Assembly (NCBI RefSeq): GCF_001194135.2
Contig: NC_069006.1
Location: forward strand, 23,026,976-23,090,975
Direction of reading: 5' to 3'
DNA from: Octopus bimaculoides
Lineage: Eukaryota
DNA: 64,000 nucleotides
Shown here: in pieces, positions 14,297-29,255 of the stretch
Layout: each line of letters opens with the position of its first letter
Numbering within the stretch: the stretch's first letter is position 1
Program-made: the position numbers and the translations under genes
The notes under the pieces: model-generated
Databases searched by the model: none
Told to the model about the DNA's origin: nothing
The model's input: only the letters and a program-made list of their open reading frames with translations

Positions 14297-17200
14297 TAAA
14301 TGACTAACATCCTCACTTGTGGTTTATACCAAAGACTGAAATTGATAATGATTATAATTAGAGCTGTAAGTGAAATGATTGAATGTTTGTCAAATACCTT
14401 TTCTAATTGATATGAGTTTATGAGCAATATTTCCCTTTTTTTCTGCAGGCCAATACCAAGGGTGAGAGTTGTAACAAATGTATTCGAGGCTCTTTCTACC
14501 TATCAAAGCACAATCCAGAAGGTTGCATTTCTTGTTTCTGTATGGGTGTAACTGAATTCTGTACAAGTACCTCCAGAACAAGGACTCAAGTAAGTATTGA
14601 GAATTCAGTAAGGAATAAAAGAATAATTACATTCAAAATGAGATAAATGTTTGAAAAATCTTTGAGGAATGCAGATGAGGAGTTTCTCATTTGAATTTTT
14701 CTTCATCAACATTGCAGTTAATGTTGATGAACAAAAACAAAGATATTGTATTACTACATGTGGGTTGTTTAATGATCCTATAATAATTTAGGAAAAAATT
14801 CTCTTCTTAATAAAGAAAAAAATAAATAAGTACATGAAAGAAAATAAGAACTCTAATGAAATATGAATATTCTTCTGAATAAGTTATTCATTTATTTAAA
14901 TTTTTGTACCGGGACCATGATTAAGAATTGTCTAACTTGAATTCAAAAATCCTTTTTTCAGGTGGGTTATCCATTTAACAGCGATCGAGCAGGTTTCTCC
15001 TTATCTGAAATGCACACACCCTCAACATTGATTACAACAGGATTTAGTGTCAATGCTAACAAAGACCTCATATATCGCAACTTCTACAGTCAACCTGAAG
15101 GTGTTTACTATTGGACACTACCCAGCCAGTATTTAGGAAACAAGGTATGTATATCGTTGTGTAAACAGGCTACAAGTAGGAAGGGCATTCACAAGTAAGA
15201 AACAAAAATGTGCTTTTGTTGAAATTTGCAAGAAGCTGTCACACCTGTGTTACCATGAAATAAATGATTATAAAGGTACCAAAAATTTGCTTTATATTTA
15301 AAAGCTGTAAAATTTTATGGTAATTTAAAAATACATTGCTCCTTCAGTGAACATAGAAAATGATTTAGATTTTTTTGAAATGTCTGAGATTTGAATATAT
15401 TCCTAAGCAGTACAGTAAAACTAAAGTGAATCTCTTTTCAACGACTTTACCCTAACATACTACTAAAAAAAGGATACACAGTAACTTTCTATAACTTCCT
15501 TTTTTCAAGTAAAACATGACCAAGTGGTTAAGAAGTTCACTTTGAAACTACTTGGTTTCAGGTTCAATTCAACTGCATGAAAGTGTCTTCTGCTATAACT
15601 TCAAGTTGAACAATGAATTTTGCATCAAATTTGTTCGGCAGAAATTATTCCTAACAAACCATATTCAACACTAATTTTGGAATGCCATTTCTCCAAACCA
15701 AACAGAACAGTTTTTATTTTAATCATATCATTGTGCAATTCTGTCTTAATGGCAAATTAAAATGAAACTCTTTTTTCCTGTTGTTGTTTCCGTAGCTCAC
15801 TTCATATGGAGGATATCTGCGTTTTACCATCAATTACCTGCCAGGTATCAACACATCTCCAACTGGTGGCCATGACATTGAAATCTCAGTAAGTCTTTTG
15901 AAACCAATATGCTGGGGTTTTAGTTAAATCTACTTAACCTTCTTTATAAAAAGTGACCTCTGGTTATGTCTGAGAGAATATGGTCCCCTCAAGTTAATTC
16001 TATCTTTTTTTTTTCACCTAATAAGTATTTCAAATTGAATTTTTGATACTCACGACATTAGACGTATTGACACTAACTTAGCCATTGATTTTTCATGCAG
16101 ATGGTACCTCTGAGTAGTTTTTACCAGGTTGTTTTTTTTAATCTGATACTTTTTCATGCTTAGTCATGTGTAATACTGATATGTAATTAGTCAGTTGCTT
16201 ATCACAACATCAGAAAGTATGGTTGACATGATGCTTCTTTGAGGAGGTTTAATTATATCAAAACATGTCTATAGTTGTCTCCTATGGTGGCTGAAATGAT
16301 TAGAATAATATTAACCATTGAACTCATAATTATTAACCATTGAACCTCATAATTATTTCTGTTTAGGTTTTTAAATTGACCACATTAAATATGATAATAA
16401 TTTAACTACATAATTGGTTTGTACAAACATACAGTCATCATGGAATTGAGGAAAACTCAAGTTTAAGATTTGGTTTTCTTAGGTTTTGGTTTAATTTTTT
16501 TTCTTTTAAACGTGCTAATATCTTACTCTTGTTATTTTTTTTTCTCTTTACCAGGGTAATGATGTGACATTGAAGTATACATTTAAAAAACCAGTTGAAC
16601 CTGATCAACATATGTCATTTGAAGTCCCTATATATGAAGTAAGTTTACCTTTCAAATCTAACACTTTGCTTACATGAAATGTTTTCATTTTTTGCATTTC
16701 TTTTTCTATGAAGGAGAGCATTAGTTCATTTATATTTATGAGAGGAATTTACATCACAAAGTCTATGACTGCTAATATGGCTTATACACGCATGCACATA
16801 CATATGCATATAAACATGTACCAGTTTTAGTAATTTCTATCAGTTTTAGCAAAGACTTCCTTTTAAAATAACCAGTGAATATGAGGCAGATGGCGAAACT
16901 CACATATAATATGTTCATGTTAAAAAATATTAAATATAATGAGCATAGGTTGCTGTGAGATAAGAAGCTTGCTTCTCAGCACCGTTCTGGGTTCAGTCCC
17001 ACTGTATGACACCTTGGGCAAGTGTCTTCTACTAAAGTCCCAGGCTGACCAAAGCCTTCTGAGTGGATTTGGTGGACAGAAACTGAAAGAAGCCTGTTGT
17101 GTGTGAGTGTGTGCATCATCATTTAGCATCCAATGTCCATGCTGGCATGGGTTGGATGGTCCTCCACACCACTTGACAACCAGTGTTGGTTTGTTTATGT

Positions 17201-20200
17201 CCTAATAACTTGGTGGTTCTGCAAAAGAGATTGATAGATTAAGTACCAGGTTTAAGAGAAAAAAATAGAAATATATAACACTGAATCATTAAGATCAATG
17301 CATACACATTTCGTACAAAACATATTTAATATGTTCAGCCTAAATAGTATTTGAAACCTTGACAGTTGACACTAAAATATTATGAGAGAATAACAAAGAA
17401 CATACCTATTCCTCTTGTTTAATATTGTCTTTTTTTTTTTTTTTTTCAACAGCAACACTGGGAACGTATAAATGGTGGCCCTACAACTAGGGAATATCTT
17501 TTGATGGCTCTGGCTGATTTAAAAAGAATAAGAATCAAAGCAACATATAGTGTGAACACTAACCTTGCTAGGTAAAAGCCTTTGTTTTCTTTTCTTGTTT
17601 GCTTCCCACTTTTAGAAGGTGACCAGCTTCTCTTAACATATATGCACATCATCTAATTGAACTCTTTCATGCTAAGTGATAGGAATTTTCAAATGAGAGA
17701 AATTTTGCAAGGCAGAACAAGACTGCTTTCAGGTTCAGCTTGGACAATTTTGTGTTTTTAGAGGTATCAAGGAATATCTAGGAGTACCGCCTGACTGGCT
17801 CCCGTAGGATTTTCGAGTGAGATCGTTGCCAGTGCCCCTGGACTGGCTTGTGCAGGTGGCACATAAAAGACACCATTTCGAGCGTGGCCGTTTTCGTGCG
17901 GGTGACACGTAAAAGCACCCACTACACTCTCTGAGTGGTTGGCGTTAGGAAGGGCATCCAGCTGTAGAAACTCTGCCAAATTAGATTGGAGCCTGGTGTT
18001 GCCATCCGGTTTCACCAGTCCTCAGTCAAATCGTCCAACCCATGCTAGCATGGAAAGCGGACGTTAAACGACGATGATGATGTCTGATGTGCTTATTCTT
18101 TTGCTTGTTTTTTGTTTTTGTTTTTTTGTTTTTCTAAGACTGTTGAGTGATAAGTGAGGGAGATTTAGTTGCTGATTGTAGTAGGTGGAGCAATCACAGA
18201 GGATTCCTTGTTACTTGGTGGTAACCAATTTAGATGGCTTCTTATGAATATAATAAGTAGAATGAGATTACCCTTAACATATATGAATCTGTTGAGCTTA
18301 AGAAACTTTAGAACACAGTAATAGGTAGCAATATTGTGCTGGAATTCACAAATGTAAAAATGTTAAAATGGTGACCTACAAATTAAAACATGGTCTTTGT
18401 CAAAGAGAAATTCAGTTTTGTCAAGAGTCAAGTTAATGGGATTTTTAAACTTCAGATTTTTAAAATTCTCTTTTGTTTGTTGTTTTTTATAACAGCATCA
18501 AAGATATAACACTTGATGTTGCTGAAAGGAGATTTGCTGGAGAAAGAGCTTATGCTGTTGAAGAGTGTAGTTGCCCCACTGGTTACCGAGGACTTTCTTG
18601 TGAGGTAAACCCATTTTGACATCTTTCAACTAAATTAGTCTGTCATATATACATTCCCTCAACACTTATTTAACCTTCAATCAATGAGTGGTGAAGTCAG
18701 TTGAGTGTCAGTCTCTAAAGTCATGGCCTTTTATGGTCTAAATTCAAACTGCTGAAATTAGCTTCATTTTTCATCTTTCCAGAGTCAACTTTGCTTTTCA
18801 TCTTTCTGAGGCTGATAAAATAAGTACTTATTTTATGCTGTGACCAGTATAATTGACTAGTTATTACTTTAGTCAGAAACACTGTTAAATGCCAGTGAAA
18901 TACTTTGGTTTGTGTGAAGGTGTGTGGCTTAGAGTTTAGGGTATTGCAGGTTCTGTGTTATACATCCCACTCAGCTTGACTTTACCTTTCATCCTTTCAG
19001 GGTTGATAACATAAAGTACCAGTCATATACTGAGATTGAAGCAGTCAGCTACATAATCTATCACAAAAAAAAACAAAAAAAAAACTCATTCTGGCCTTAT
19101 ATTTAGATTAGAAATTTTTATTATTATTGTTTTTTGTTGTTGTACTTACTGTTCTTTTTTTTCTCTTTCAATAGTCTTGTGATGTTGGCTACATGCGAAC
19201 TGTACAAGGTCTTTACCTTGGACTGTGTGAAGAATGTCGCTGCAATGGTCACTCTTCAGAGTGCGATCCAGTCACAGGTGCATGCAGGGTAAGAATTCAG
19301 AAGCTTTTTGTTTTTCTTAAATTAAGACATTTGATAAGCTCCAACTCAAATTAATTGACATGAATTTAATTTTAATTTCAACACTGCCTTATCTTTACGC
19401 TTATACAATTATTTTGTTATATAATCTTGATGTGTTGTACCAGTAATTTTAAACTGGAAAATAGTTAAAGATGTGAAATAAAATAATCTGTATCATCTGG
19501 AATTTTCTTTGTAGAATTGCAAACATAACACAGAAGGAGATCACTGTAACCGCTGTGCTCCAGGTTATTATGGAAATGCAAGCAAGGGATCCATCAATGA
19601 TTGCCAGAAATGTCCTTGTCCTTTGACTGACCGACCAAACCAGTAAGTTTTATCTTGAATTATGTTTTCTTATACTGGATGTATTACTCTATTACTGGCC
19701 ATGATCTTATTGTGTCATTCTGTCATGTGATCTTACTTCTTTTTTTTAAAAAGAGGTAGGGTGTGAATTGAGAAAAATTTAGCTGCTATTTCTGGCAAAC
19801 CAAGCAACCATTTACAGGTTGTTTTGTTGGCTTGAATACTATGATCTTGGATCTTGTAGATGTTGCTATTGCTTAGCCTAGGTCAGCCCTGATTAAATAA
19901 ACCTGTGATCAGAAGCATTCCAACCATGACCATCCAGTCTTTTATTCGGATACAGAGTAAGGCAGGCTATACTATCCAAAGTCTCTCTCTTTAAGACGGT
20001 AAAGTATGCGAGATATTTAGGTACTATTTCTAGCAGGTCATGCAACCTTATAGTGTGGTATGGTGTGCTGTAGTGTGGTATTAAGTATTAGTGTGATATG
20101 GTAAACTAATAGTATGTGGGAGAATATACAAATAATAACAACAGACGAGGACAGGTGGTGTAAATAACAAAAGGATGTATTAGTATGACGCTCGGGAATA

Positions 20201-22641
20201 CGGAAAGTCTTTGACGTTTCGAGCTACGCTCTTCAACAGAAAGAATACGGAGACAAGGAGAAAAGCACGGAGAAAAAAAATTGAATAGTGTTCAGTCAAC
20301 GGTCAATCATAATAATGATAGTNNNNNNNNNNNNNNNNNNNNNNNNNNNNNNNNNNNNNNNNNNNNNNNNNNNNNNNNNNNNNNNNNNNNNNNNNNNNNN
20401 NNNNNAGTATGTGGGAGAATATACAAATAATAACAACAGACGAGGACAGGTGGTGTAAATAACAAAAGGATGTATTAGTATGACGCTCGGGAATACGGAA
20501 AGTCTTTGACGTTTCGAGCTACGCTCTTCAACAGAAAGAATACGGAGACAAGGAGAAAAGCACGGAGAAAAAAAATTGAATAGTGTTCAGTCAACGGTCA
20601 ATCATAATAATGATAGTATGACATGTTGTGCTGTCGTACAATACTGGATGATGTGATATAATGTGCTGTAGTATGATTGTGCTAAAGAATGGCTAATGTA
20701 CTATAAAACATCATACTATGCTCATACAGAGCAATAGTACTGTATGACATGTGATAGTACATTGTGATGTGTTTCAGTATGTTATGCCTTCCTCTTGTAA
20801 TATGAACCACTTTCTTTTCCTCTTTCCTATAGGTTCAGTCCAACATGTATTTTGGGCAGAGATGGTCAAGTTACCTGCACAGCCTGTCCTCCTGGTCATG
20901 CAGGACGCCGATGTGAGAGGTGAGTCAAATGAATAGGTGTTGCATTATTACTAACCAGGATTTCTCCTATTTCAAAACATTTGAGTATTTTTGTCCTTTG
21001 TAGATAGATTTTCAAACTTCCTCTTACTCTCTCTCTTTCAGATGTCTGCCTGGCTATGAGGGCAACCCCATGGCTCCTGGAGATTTCTGTAAAACACGCA
21101 GTAAGTATGAAGTTTCTGAAAAATTACATCTTTTATTATTGTTGTTTATGATAACTGCTAGTTGAGCACTGGGATCAATATAATCGACTTAGCCCCCTAC
21201 TCCCAAAATTGCTGGCCTTGTGCCAAAATTTGAAACTATTATTGTTGTTTACCCACATGATCACTCTTAAACATGTAGACTTATGATCAAATACTTTCCA
21301 ACTTTGACCATCCCATTTTATTTTCAGATATAGTATATCTAATACTGTATCAGTGTACACTTTCATTTTTTTTAAGACTATAGTCCATAGTTGAGAATGT
21401 TTGTATGTTTATATATACATGTGTTTATTTCATTATCTCCACAGATACCACAAGCTGTATGTGTGATCCACGTGGAACTGTACAGAACACACAATGTGAT
21501 GCCAATACTAAACAATGTAGATGTAAGGTATGTCGATATCCTATTATTATCATAAATTAAACATTTAATCATAAAATTTGTAGTGCAATTTGTTAAGGGG
21601 TTTGTCTACAGCTTTCTGACTTTAAATTCAATCATTATTAGAATTTGTTACAGCTCTTTAAATACTGAGTTCAAGTCTTGCCACTGCCAGCTTTGCTTTT
21701 CTTCCCTTTTGGGTCAAGAAAATAAAGTACCAGTCAAGTATTGGGGTCAATGATATTGAACAAGCCTTTTCCTAATTTAGAAACTGCTGTTGTTGTTATT
21801 ATTATTAACATTATTAACGTGGTGAGCTGGCAGAATCATTAGCAAGCCAGGCAAAATGCTTAGCAGCATTTCATCTGCTTTGATGTTCTGAGTTCAAATT
21901 CCACCAAGGTTGACTTTGCCTTTTGGGGTTGCTAAAATAAACACCAGTTTCCCACTGGAGTTAATGTAAGTGATTAGTCTTCTCCCCCAAAATTTCAAGC
22001 CTTGTGCCTTTAGTGGAAAGGATTATTATTATTATTATTAAGGCAACAACCAGGCTGAGATGTCACTTAAAGTGTTGATATATTATTAAAACTTGTCACT
22101 TCATGCTGCAGCATTTCCATATTCCAGGCATTGAATAAATTAACAATTGTCTTTCTTTGTTAACTTCTAGGCATTTGTACAGAGGACAAAGTGTAACGCT
22201 TGTAAACCAAACTACTTCTATTTGAGTGAAGACAACCCACAAGGATGTCTGTCCTGCTACTGTATGGGCATTACCAACAAGTGTTCCAGCTCTAACTTCA
22301 ACCGAATGGAGGTAACACTGAACTTTGTTATTTTGACTTGAACTGTGACGAATTTGATTGTTGTTTACTCACCACACACTCACTGCATCCTTACAGGCAT
22401 TCATACACGCAGTCTTACATTTATCATCTATATTATTGCAATAGCTAGCATTATACAATTATACATGTGTGTGAAAAGCATTCAATGAGGATATATGAGA
22501 AACGTAACTGGAGAGAGATTTCTGATTTAAAGGAAGTAAGATTGTACAAGGGACAAAGAGAATGTGACCCTTTTCTTTATAGCCTAGCTCCTCAGCAGAC
22601 GACCTGTCAAATTTAACTCTAAACTCCAATCTGGAAATGAC

Positions 22642-22695
<54 letters not shown>

Positions 22696-22949
22696 CATAC
22701 AAAAATAAGAGGAGTGACCTGCAAAAGTGGACTCCTATATGCTAGAAATAGATGCCGANNNNNNNNNNNNNNNNNNNNNNNNNNNNNNNNNNNNNNNNNN
22801 NNNNNNNNNNNNNNNNNNNNNNNNNNNNNNNNNNNNNNNNNNNNNNNNNNNNNNNNNNNNNNNNNNNNNNNNNNNNNNNNNNNNNNNNNNNNNNNNNNNN
22901 NNNNNNNNNNNNNNNNNNNNNNNNNNNNNNNNNNNNNNNNNNNNNNNNN

Positions 22950-22983
<34 letters not shown>

Positions 22984-23924
22984 AAATACACACACACACA
23001 CACTCCAACAGTTGACTAGTTACAGAAAACAGAAGCCCATGAGCTCAGCAACCCATAAATTCTAAACTACTCAGTTTATATTCAATCTTTGTTTTCTTTT
23101 TATTTATTCCTTAATTTTATCCCTAAAATTCATATTTACTCTATGTTTTTCTTTTTGCTTTTTTTTTTTTTACAGTTAAAACCATCATTTGATCGTCAAG
23201 ATTCTCATGGTATTGTTTTAACCAACCGTGCTATGTCTCGCAATGTTGTGGACGGTTTTAGGGTCAGTGCACGAAAGAAGGAAATCACATTTGATTCATT
23301 TGATGCTGTTCAACGAGAAAGAGAAAGCTTGTATTTTTCACTGCCACCAAAATTCAGAGGAGACAAGGTAAAAAATAACAGTAACAATAACACACAAACG
23401 CATACATTATATGATGGTTGTCCAATTATTCAAAGAATATGAATATTACTGGTGATTAGAAACTATATTCCACATGAAAATTTTGTTAAGAACAGTTTGC
23501 AGAATGCTGCAACAACTCATTACCAAAACCAAACAATCAAGAGACAAACTAAAGCAAGTCATTTGTCTCTGAAATGTCACTCAGTTTCATACCATAGTAA
23601 CCTTCAATTAAAGACATGGCTTTAATGAACGCTATAACGTGTCTTATACTATGTGCCCTACAACATGCAGACAACAGTTCGGAATTTCTAAGTATTCTTT
23701 TTGTCCTGCTGGATTACTGTTGCCAGTACCACCTGACTGGCCCTCGTGCCAGTGGCACGTAAAAGCACCCACTACACTCTTGGAGTGGTTGGCGTTAGGA
23801 AGGGCATCCAGCTGTAGAAACTCTGCCAGATCAGATTGGAGCCTGGTGCAGCCATCTGGCTTGCCAGTCCTCAGTCAAACTGTCCAACCCATGCCAGCAT
23901 GGAAAGCAGATGTTAAACGATGAT

Positions 23925-23970
<46 letters not shown>

Positions 23971-25309
23971 CGCATACTTAATTACATACATCCATACTCA
24001 CATTTATACTGCTCTGTATAGTAACTGATTTAATCAGAAAAATGTTGATGAGTGAATAACTAGTCCACAAGGTTAAATCCTCTCCTCTGCCTTCTCCTCC
24101 TTCAGTAATATCTATGCAAGAAGACCTTTCAGACATTACTATTTATCTTTTTGATTCTTTTTGTAGGTGACATCTTATGGTGGTTATCTGAAGTTCACAT
24201 TGGAATTCTCAGTTGATGACGGTCGTGGAAATTTCTTCAGAGAAACAGATGTTGAAATCATTGTAAGTACAACTGAGTGTTTTATTTTGGCATTTCTAAG
24301 AGGTCTGGATTTGCAGAACCATTCGTGCATCAGACAAAATGGGTAGTCCTCATTACTCCGTAAGGAGCATAGGACTGGTTTCCTGGATTCTCTGGTGTAT
24401 ATATTATACCCAGGATGGGATGCCTATTGCAGGATTACTCTTTTTTTTTTTACCAGCTGAGTGGGCTGAAGCAATGTGAAATAAAGTGTCTTGCTCAAAA
24501 ACTCAATGCATCGCCCTGTCCAAGAATCAAAACCACAATCTTACAGTCATGAGTCCAACACTCTAACAACTAATCCACACACCCCCACAAAATACTTTAT
24601 GATATTTCTTCTGACTCTTTAAATTCTTAGTTCAAATCTTGCTTTGGTTAACTTTGCCTTTCATCCTTCCGGTGTTGATAAAATAAAATTCCACTCAAGT
24701 ACTGGAGTCAACTTAATCAACTTATCTCCCACCACCACTAAAAATTGCTGGTTTTGTACCTAAATTTGAATCAGTTGTTTTAGCATTTCTTCCCTCCTTC
24801 ATCTTTTACATTTATTTCCTTTCAGACTAATGGCCAGCGTCTCTATTATTTGTTCAACCCATCAGCTAGAGCATCAACAGCACAGAACTATGAAATTCTG
24901 CTGACTGAAGTAAGATTCCTTTTTTTTTTTTTGTGTGTGTGTATTTTTCTTGTACCAGTGTAAATCTGTCCAAGTCTCATATGGTATTTACTCCTAGAGT
25001 GAAGGAATTCTCTAAAGAGATGTAGTTTGGTAAGTAATTCATTTATAATACGGTTAACAGAGATTGATAAAATGGATATAAGATAACTGCTGGGGTCAGT
25101 ATAATTGAACACTTTTGAAAATAGTGATGTACTTGCTGCCATCCGATGATTGAAACCAGTGAAAAAAGTGAAAGATGAAACTAATTTTAAATAAATAAGA
25201 TGGATATTGATAAATTCAGTCCTTCTTTCCCAGAACATTGGTTTTCTGCAATTTCCTCTACACTTGTTTTCTCTGCAGCCATTGATTTACAAGTTGAACA
25301 TTAACTGTA

Positions 25310-25348
<39 letters not shown>

Positions 25349-28300
25349 TATTCATTCTGACAAATTTTTCAATTATTATTCTGTCTTCAGAAATCGTTCC
25401 ATATGTTCGATGGTTCCATTCCATCCCGAGAAGTCTTCTTGTCTGCTCTTGCCAACGTTGATGCCATCTTGATCAGAGCAACCTACCACACTAAAATGAA
25501 TGTTATCAGCTTACGTGATTTGACCATGGAAACTGCTGTACCAGAAGCTACTGGACTTGGCCGTGCTCCTATGGTAGAGTTATGTGAATGTCCTCAAGGT
25601 TACACAGGCGTTTCCTGCCAAGTGAGTATTAAGTTTTATTTATTTATTTTTCACAACATCAATTTCCTTTGCTCTTATTTCCTCCCAAATTATCTGAAGC
25701 CAAGGAAAAGTTTTCCAGTCACAATTTCTTCCTTCTTCATGATCTTTCCTTTTTGGTTACCTAACTTTACAATCATAAATTTTTGTTTTGATTTTTTTTC
25801 TTTTTTTTTTTCTCTAGGAATGTTCTCCTGGTTATTCTAGAGTTCAAAAAGAAGGCACTGCATTGGGCCGTTGTGTCATGTGCAACTGCAATAAGCATTC
25901 CTCAACATGTGATCCACAGACAGGAAAATGTGTAGTGAGTACTATTGATTTAATACTGTGAATTATTTTTTTGACGCCTTTAGTGGTCCCTAAGGTCTTC
26001 ATACATTGAGCTTAACACTGATATCAAAAGTTAATTCTTTTATTTCATAATAAGGATATTAATTTATTTTATCACATTTGCTTTATACTTTTTATATTTA
26101 CAATCGTAATCTCCATATAAATAGATTCAATAAACCTTTTGAATTCAAAGAATCTACGATTTTTTTTCCTTTCAAAACAAGGGGTAACGTTGGTGTCAGT
26201 AAATATGTTTTGGGGGGTAACTGGTTAAAAAAGTTCCCCAATTAGAGATACTCACATACATAGAAAGATGTATATATTATATAAACCATGTATGTATCTG
26301 ATCTCTCTCTCTTTTTCCTTCTCCTCGTTTATATTTATTTCACTCCAGCCTAGAAATTTCCACAATGATTTTATTTACATACTAGAACCTTCTCCTCTAT
26401 TCCCCCATTGCCTGCTTACCTCAATATTTCTTCTCCACAGAACTGTCAACACAATACATTAGGTGATAGATGTGAAACCTGTAAACCTGGCTTTTATGGT
26501 GATGCTACATTTGGCACCTCCAGTGACTGTCGACCATGTGCTTGCCCTCTGACCCTACCATCAAACAAGTAAGTTTGTTCACAGATAAATTCTTTCTCTT
26601 TTTTTTAAATCTTTTTTTTTTAACATTTGTTTGTGTTCTGTTTTACTGTTTTTAGTGTTGATAACACTGTAACATGATTTTTGTCTTTGGGTAGCAACAG
26701 TTATTTACTATTTTCTTATAAAAAATGGCTAATATTTTCTTCAAACATTGCTTTTGTTACATTTATTCAAATCCTGAAGATTCTTTCTCAACACATGGCT
26801 ATGATGCTCCCCCCACTACTCCTGCTCATGATCAGAGATGCACATATTGTCAGCCACTAAGGGACATGCTCTCATGGTTAAGGTCAAGCAAGTGACAAGC
26901 AGATCCGTGGTATGGAGCAGATTATTTGCTATAATAATATTTTTGCTTTGCATTAGTAACTCAGTGCTAACTCTGTTTGAAATTCAATGCAAAATAGATA
27001 AGTTTCAAAATATTAATGTCCAGGTCACAAAAGCAAAATTTGAAGGGAATAGCAGTCACTTCCTTTGATTTCTATGTAGAAGCAAATAGGAAATAACACT
27101 TTACTGACTAAAGATGAAAAAGTAAAGATTTTTGTACAGTGTAATGCACAACTGATTTATTACCTCTGCCTTAGCAAAGGTGGGGGTATTGTTTTCAGTT
27201 GTGTTTGTTTGTTTGTCTGTGATACCTCAAGAATCGTTGGATGGATTCAGATGAAACTTTCAGGGATGTTTGGCCTCATGACTGGCACAAACTGGTTAGA
27301 TTTTTGGGATCGATCAAGGATTTCAGATTATTTTTCCTGTTTTTTTACTTAATTTTTGAGAGCAGTTGGGTTCATTTTTAGTATTCTCATTTGTGAGAGC
27401 AGTCAAGTTTATTTCAGATATTCTCATTTTAAAAATCATTTCTAGCTAGTCGTTAAGAGGACGTTGGTGTTACCTTGGCGGAGGTTTGCGCTCTCTGAGT
27501 GCTCTTGTTTATATATTATATTTTATATCACAATTTGTGAACAATAGTGTCATTGGTAACTGGTTTCTAATGGGCTAAGTACTGATTCAAATTTCTAACA
27601 GTTGTGATAGTGACAAGGGAGTGTCTGTAAATCAAGCAGAACAAATATGTCAAGAGATTTTGTTTATATTTTTTGCTGATATACTTTGTCAAAAGATATA
27701 CATACACATGCATACATTCATACCTATTTGTGTGTGTGAATGGCTAAATAGACAAATGTTACTTTTGTTCATGAATAGCTCTGTGATCAGGTGAGAACAT
27801 GCCTGACTACCACTGTAGTGTGAATAATTTCACAAGGAAAGTATTCAATATATATGAATATTAATATTTCATTTAGGCATAACGATACAAATAACTGGGT
27901 GTTAGAATTCAATATACATGTGTTTAAGAGAAAAGGCATTAGTTGAGTACAAATCATAAGAGATTACATAAAGGACAAGTAGACAAGAAATTATGTAATG
28001 AACTTCATTAGCTTATAGCTGTTTCTGCTGTAAGATACCACTATGTAGAAAACTGAGGTTATGATAGAAGACATATTTCTCCAAGACTGTGCAAAGTTGT
28101 GGTGTGAACTTCTTAACCACTCAGTCATGCCTACAGCTATTTTACCTGAATTATTAGCATGCTCGTCTATTAGCCAAAAGTTCAGGGATATGAATTCTAT
28201 CATTGGTACTGTACTGTGATTATATCTGTAATACTTAGCTACCTAATGGTGGATTAGTTCTAAATTAGATCACCTTGTTTTAAATACTTAGGCGATGTGA

Positions 28301-29219
28301 CACAACAAGGGAATCTTTACATAGCTGCTCAATCTACATGAAATAGCAGCCAAGTCTCCCATAAATTACACCTAGTCATCTTTAGAAAAATACGAGTACG
28401 CTGGATAATATTGTCCAAGGTACGCCAGGCTTAGAAACATATTGATAGGCCATGAATGAAACATCTTTGATCAAAGCTCTGTTCAAGTAAGGCTGAATTT
28501 AACCAAATAAGGTCCCTAGGTGACACAAGTTGGTGTCACTCACTTTTGTAAGCAGCAGGAGTACAGTAAAAGTGATGTGTGTGCTTGCAATGCTGTGCTG
28601 TACATTTTACAGGTATATCCATTAAAACCCACTAGTTTCTACTAGTTTGATGCACACTAACTACACATATACACTACATGATGATAATTTTTGGAGGAGC
28701 TTAACCAGCAAAAGGAGGCTGGCACCCAAGCCATTTTGTCTTCTCAATTTAAAATTCTATTTCTCCATTCTTTTAAATGTCATTTCTTTATCTTTCAGCT
28801 TCTCTCCAACATGCTACTTGGCTCCAGATAGTCAGATAACCTGTGAAAACTGTCGTCGTGGCTATACAGGACGTGACTGTGGTGTGTAAGTATCAAGTTT
28901 GGGTTTGCTGACATGACTTTTAAAAAATTCTTCCCCACTTAATTATTATATTGATAGCAATAATAATATGCAAAGACAGAAGAATCTGAAGAAACTAGTG
29001 ATACTCCTAATTTTATGATTATGCAATTATATATATATATGGAGTCAAAAAATACTTCACCCTCTATTGCCATCCCTAACAAAGTAGGTCAACAGTCACT
29101 CTGTCTTTAATGGCAACCTTTTTGCTGAAGTAATGAAGACTAGCCTGTTATTCAACCACCTCCTATGAACATATCAAATAGAAAATATAAGATGAAAGGC
29201 AGAAGAAGAAAAGAAAGGT

Positions 29220-29255
<36 letters not shown>

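Noticed and set aside
17767-18015. Similar short ORFs ([23 protein letters not shown]; also 32879-33307)
   Set aside because: They are translations of the same non-coding repeat family A, not genes.
20111-20617. Two identical 212-bp copies either side of an N gap, read as a true tandem (dimeric) element
   Set aside because: Identical sequence on both contig ends of a gap is typical of an unmerged assembly overlap; it cannot be called biological without long reads.
22584-23065. Long ORFs made of IYIY, CVCV and X runs (also near 34460, 36120, 47000, 48500, 63500)
   Set aside because: Artefacts of (AT)n and (GT)n microsatellites and N gaps.
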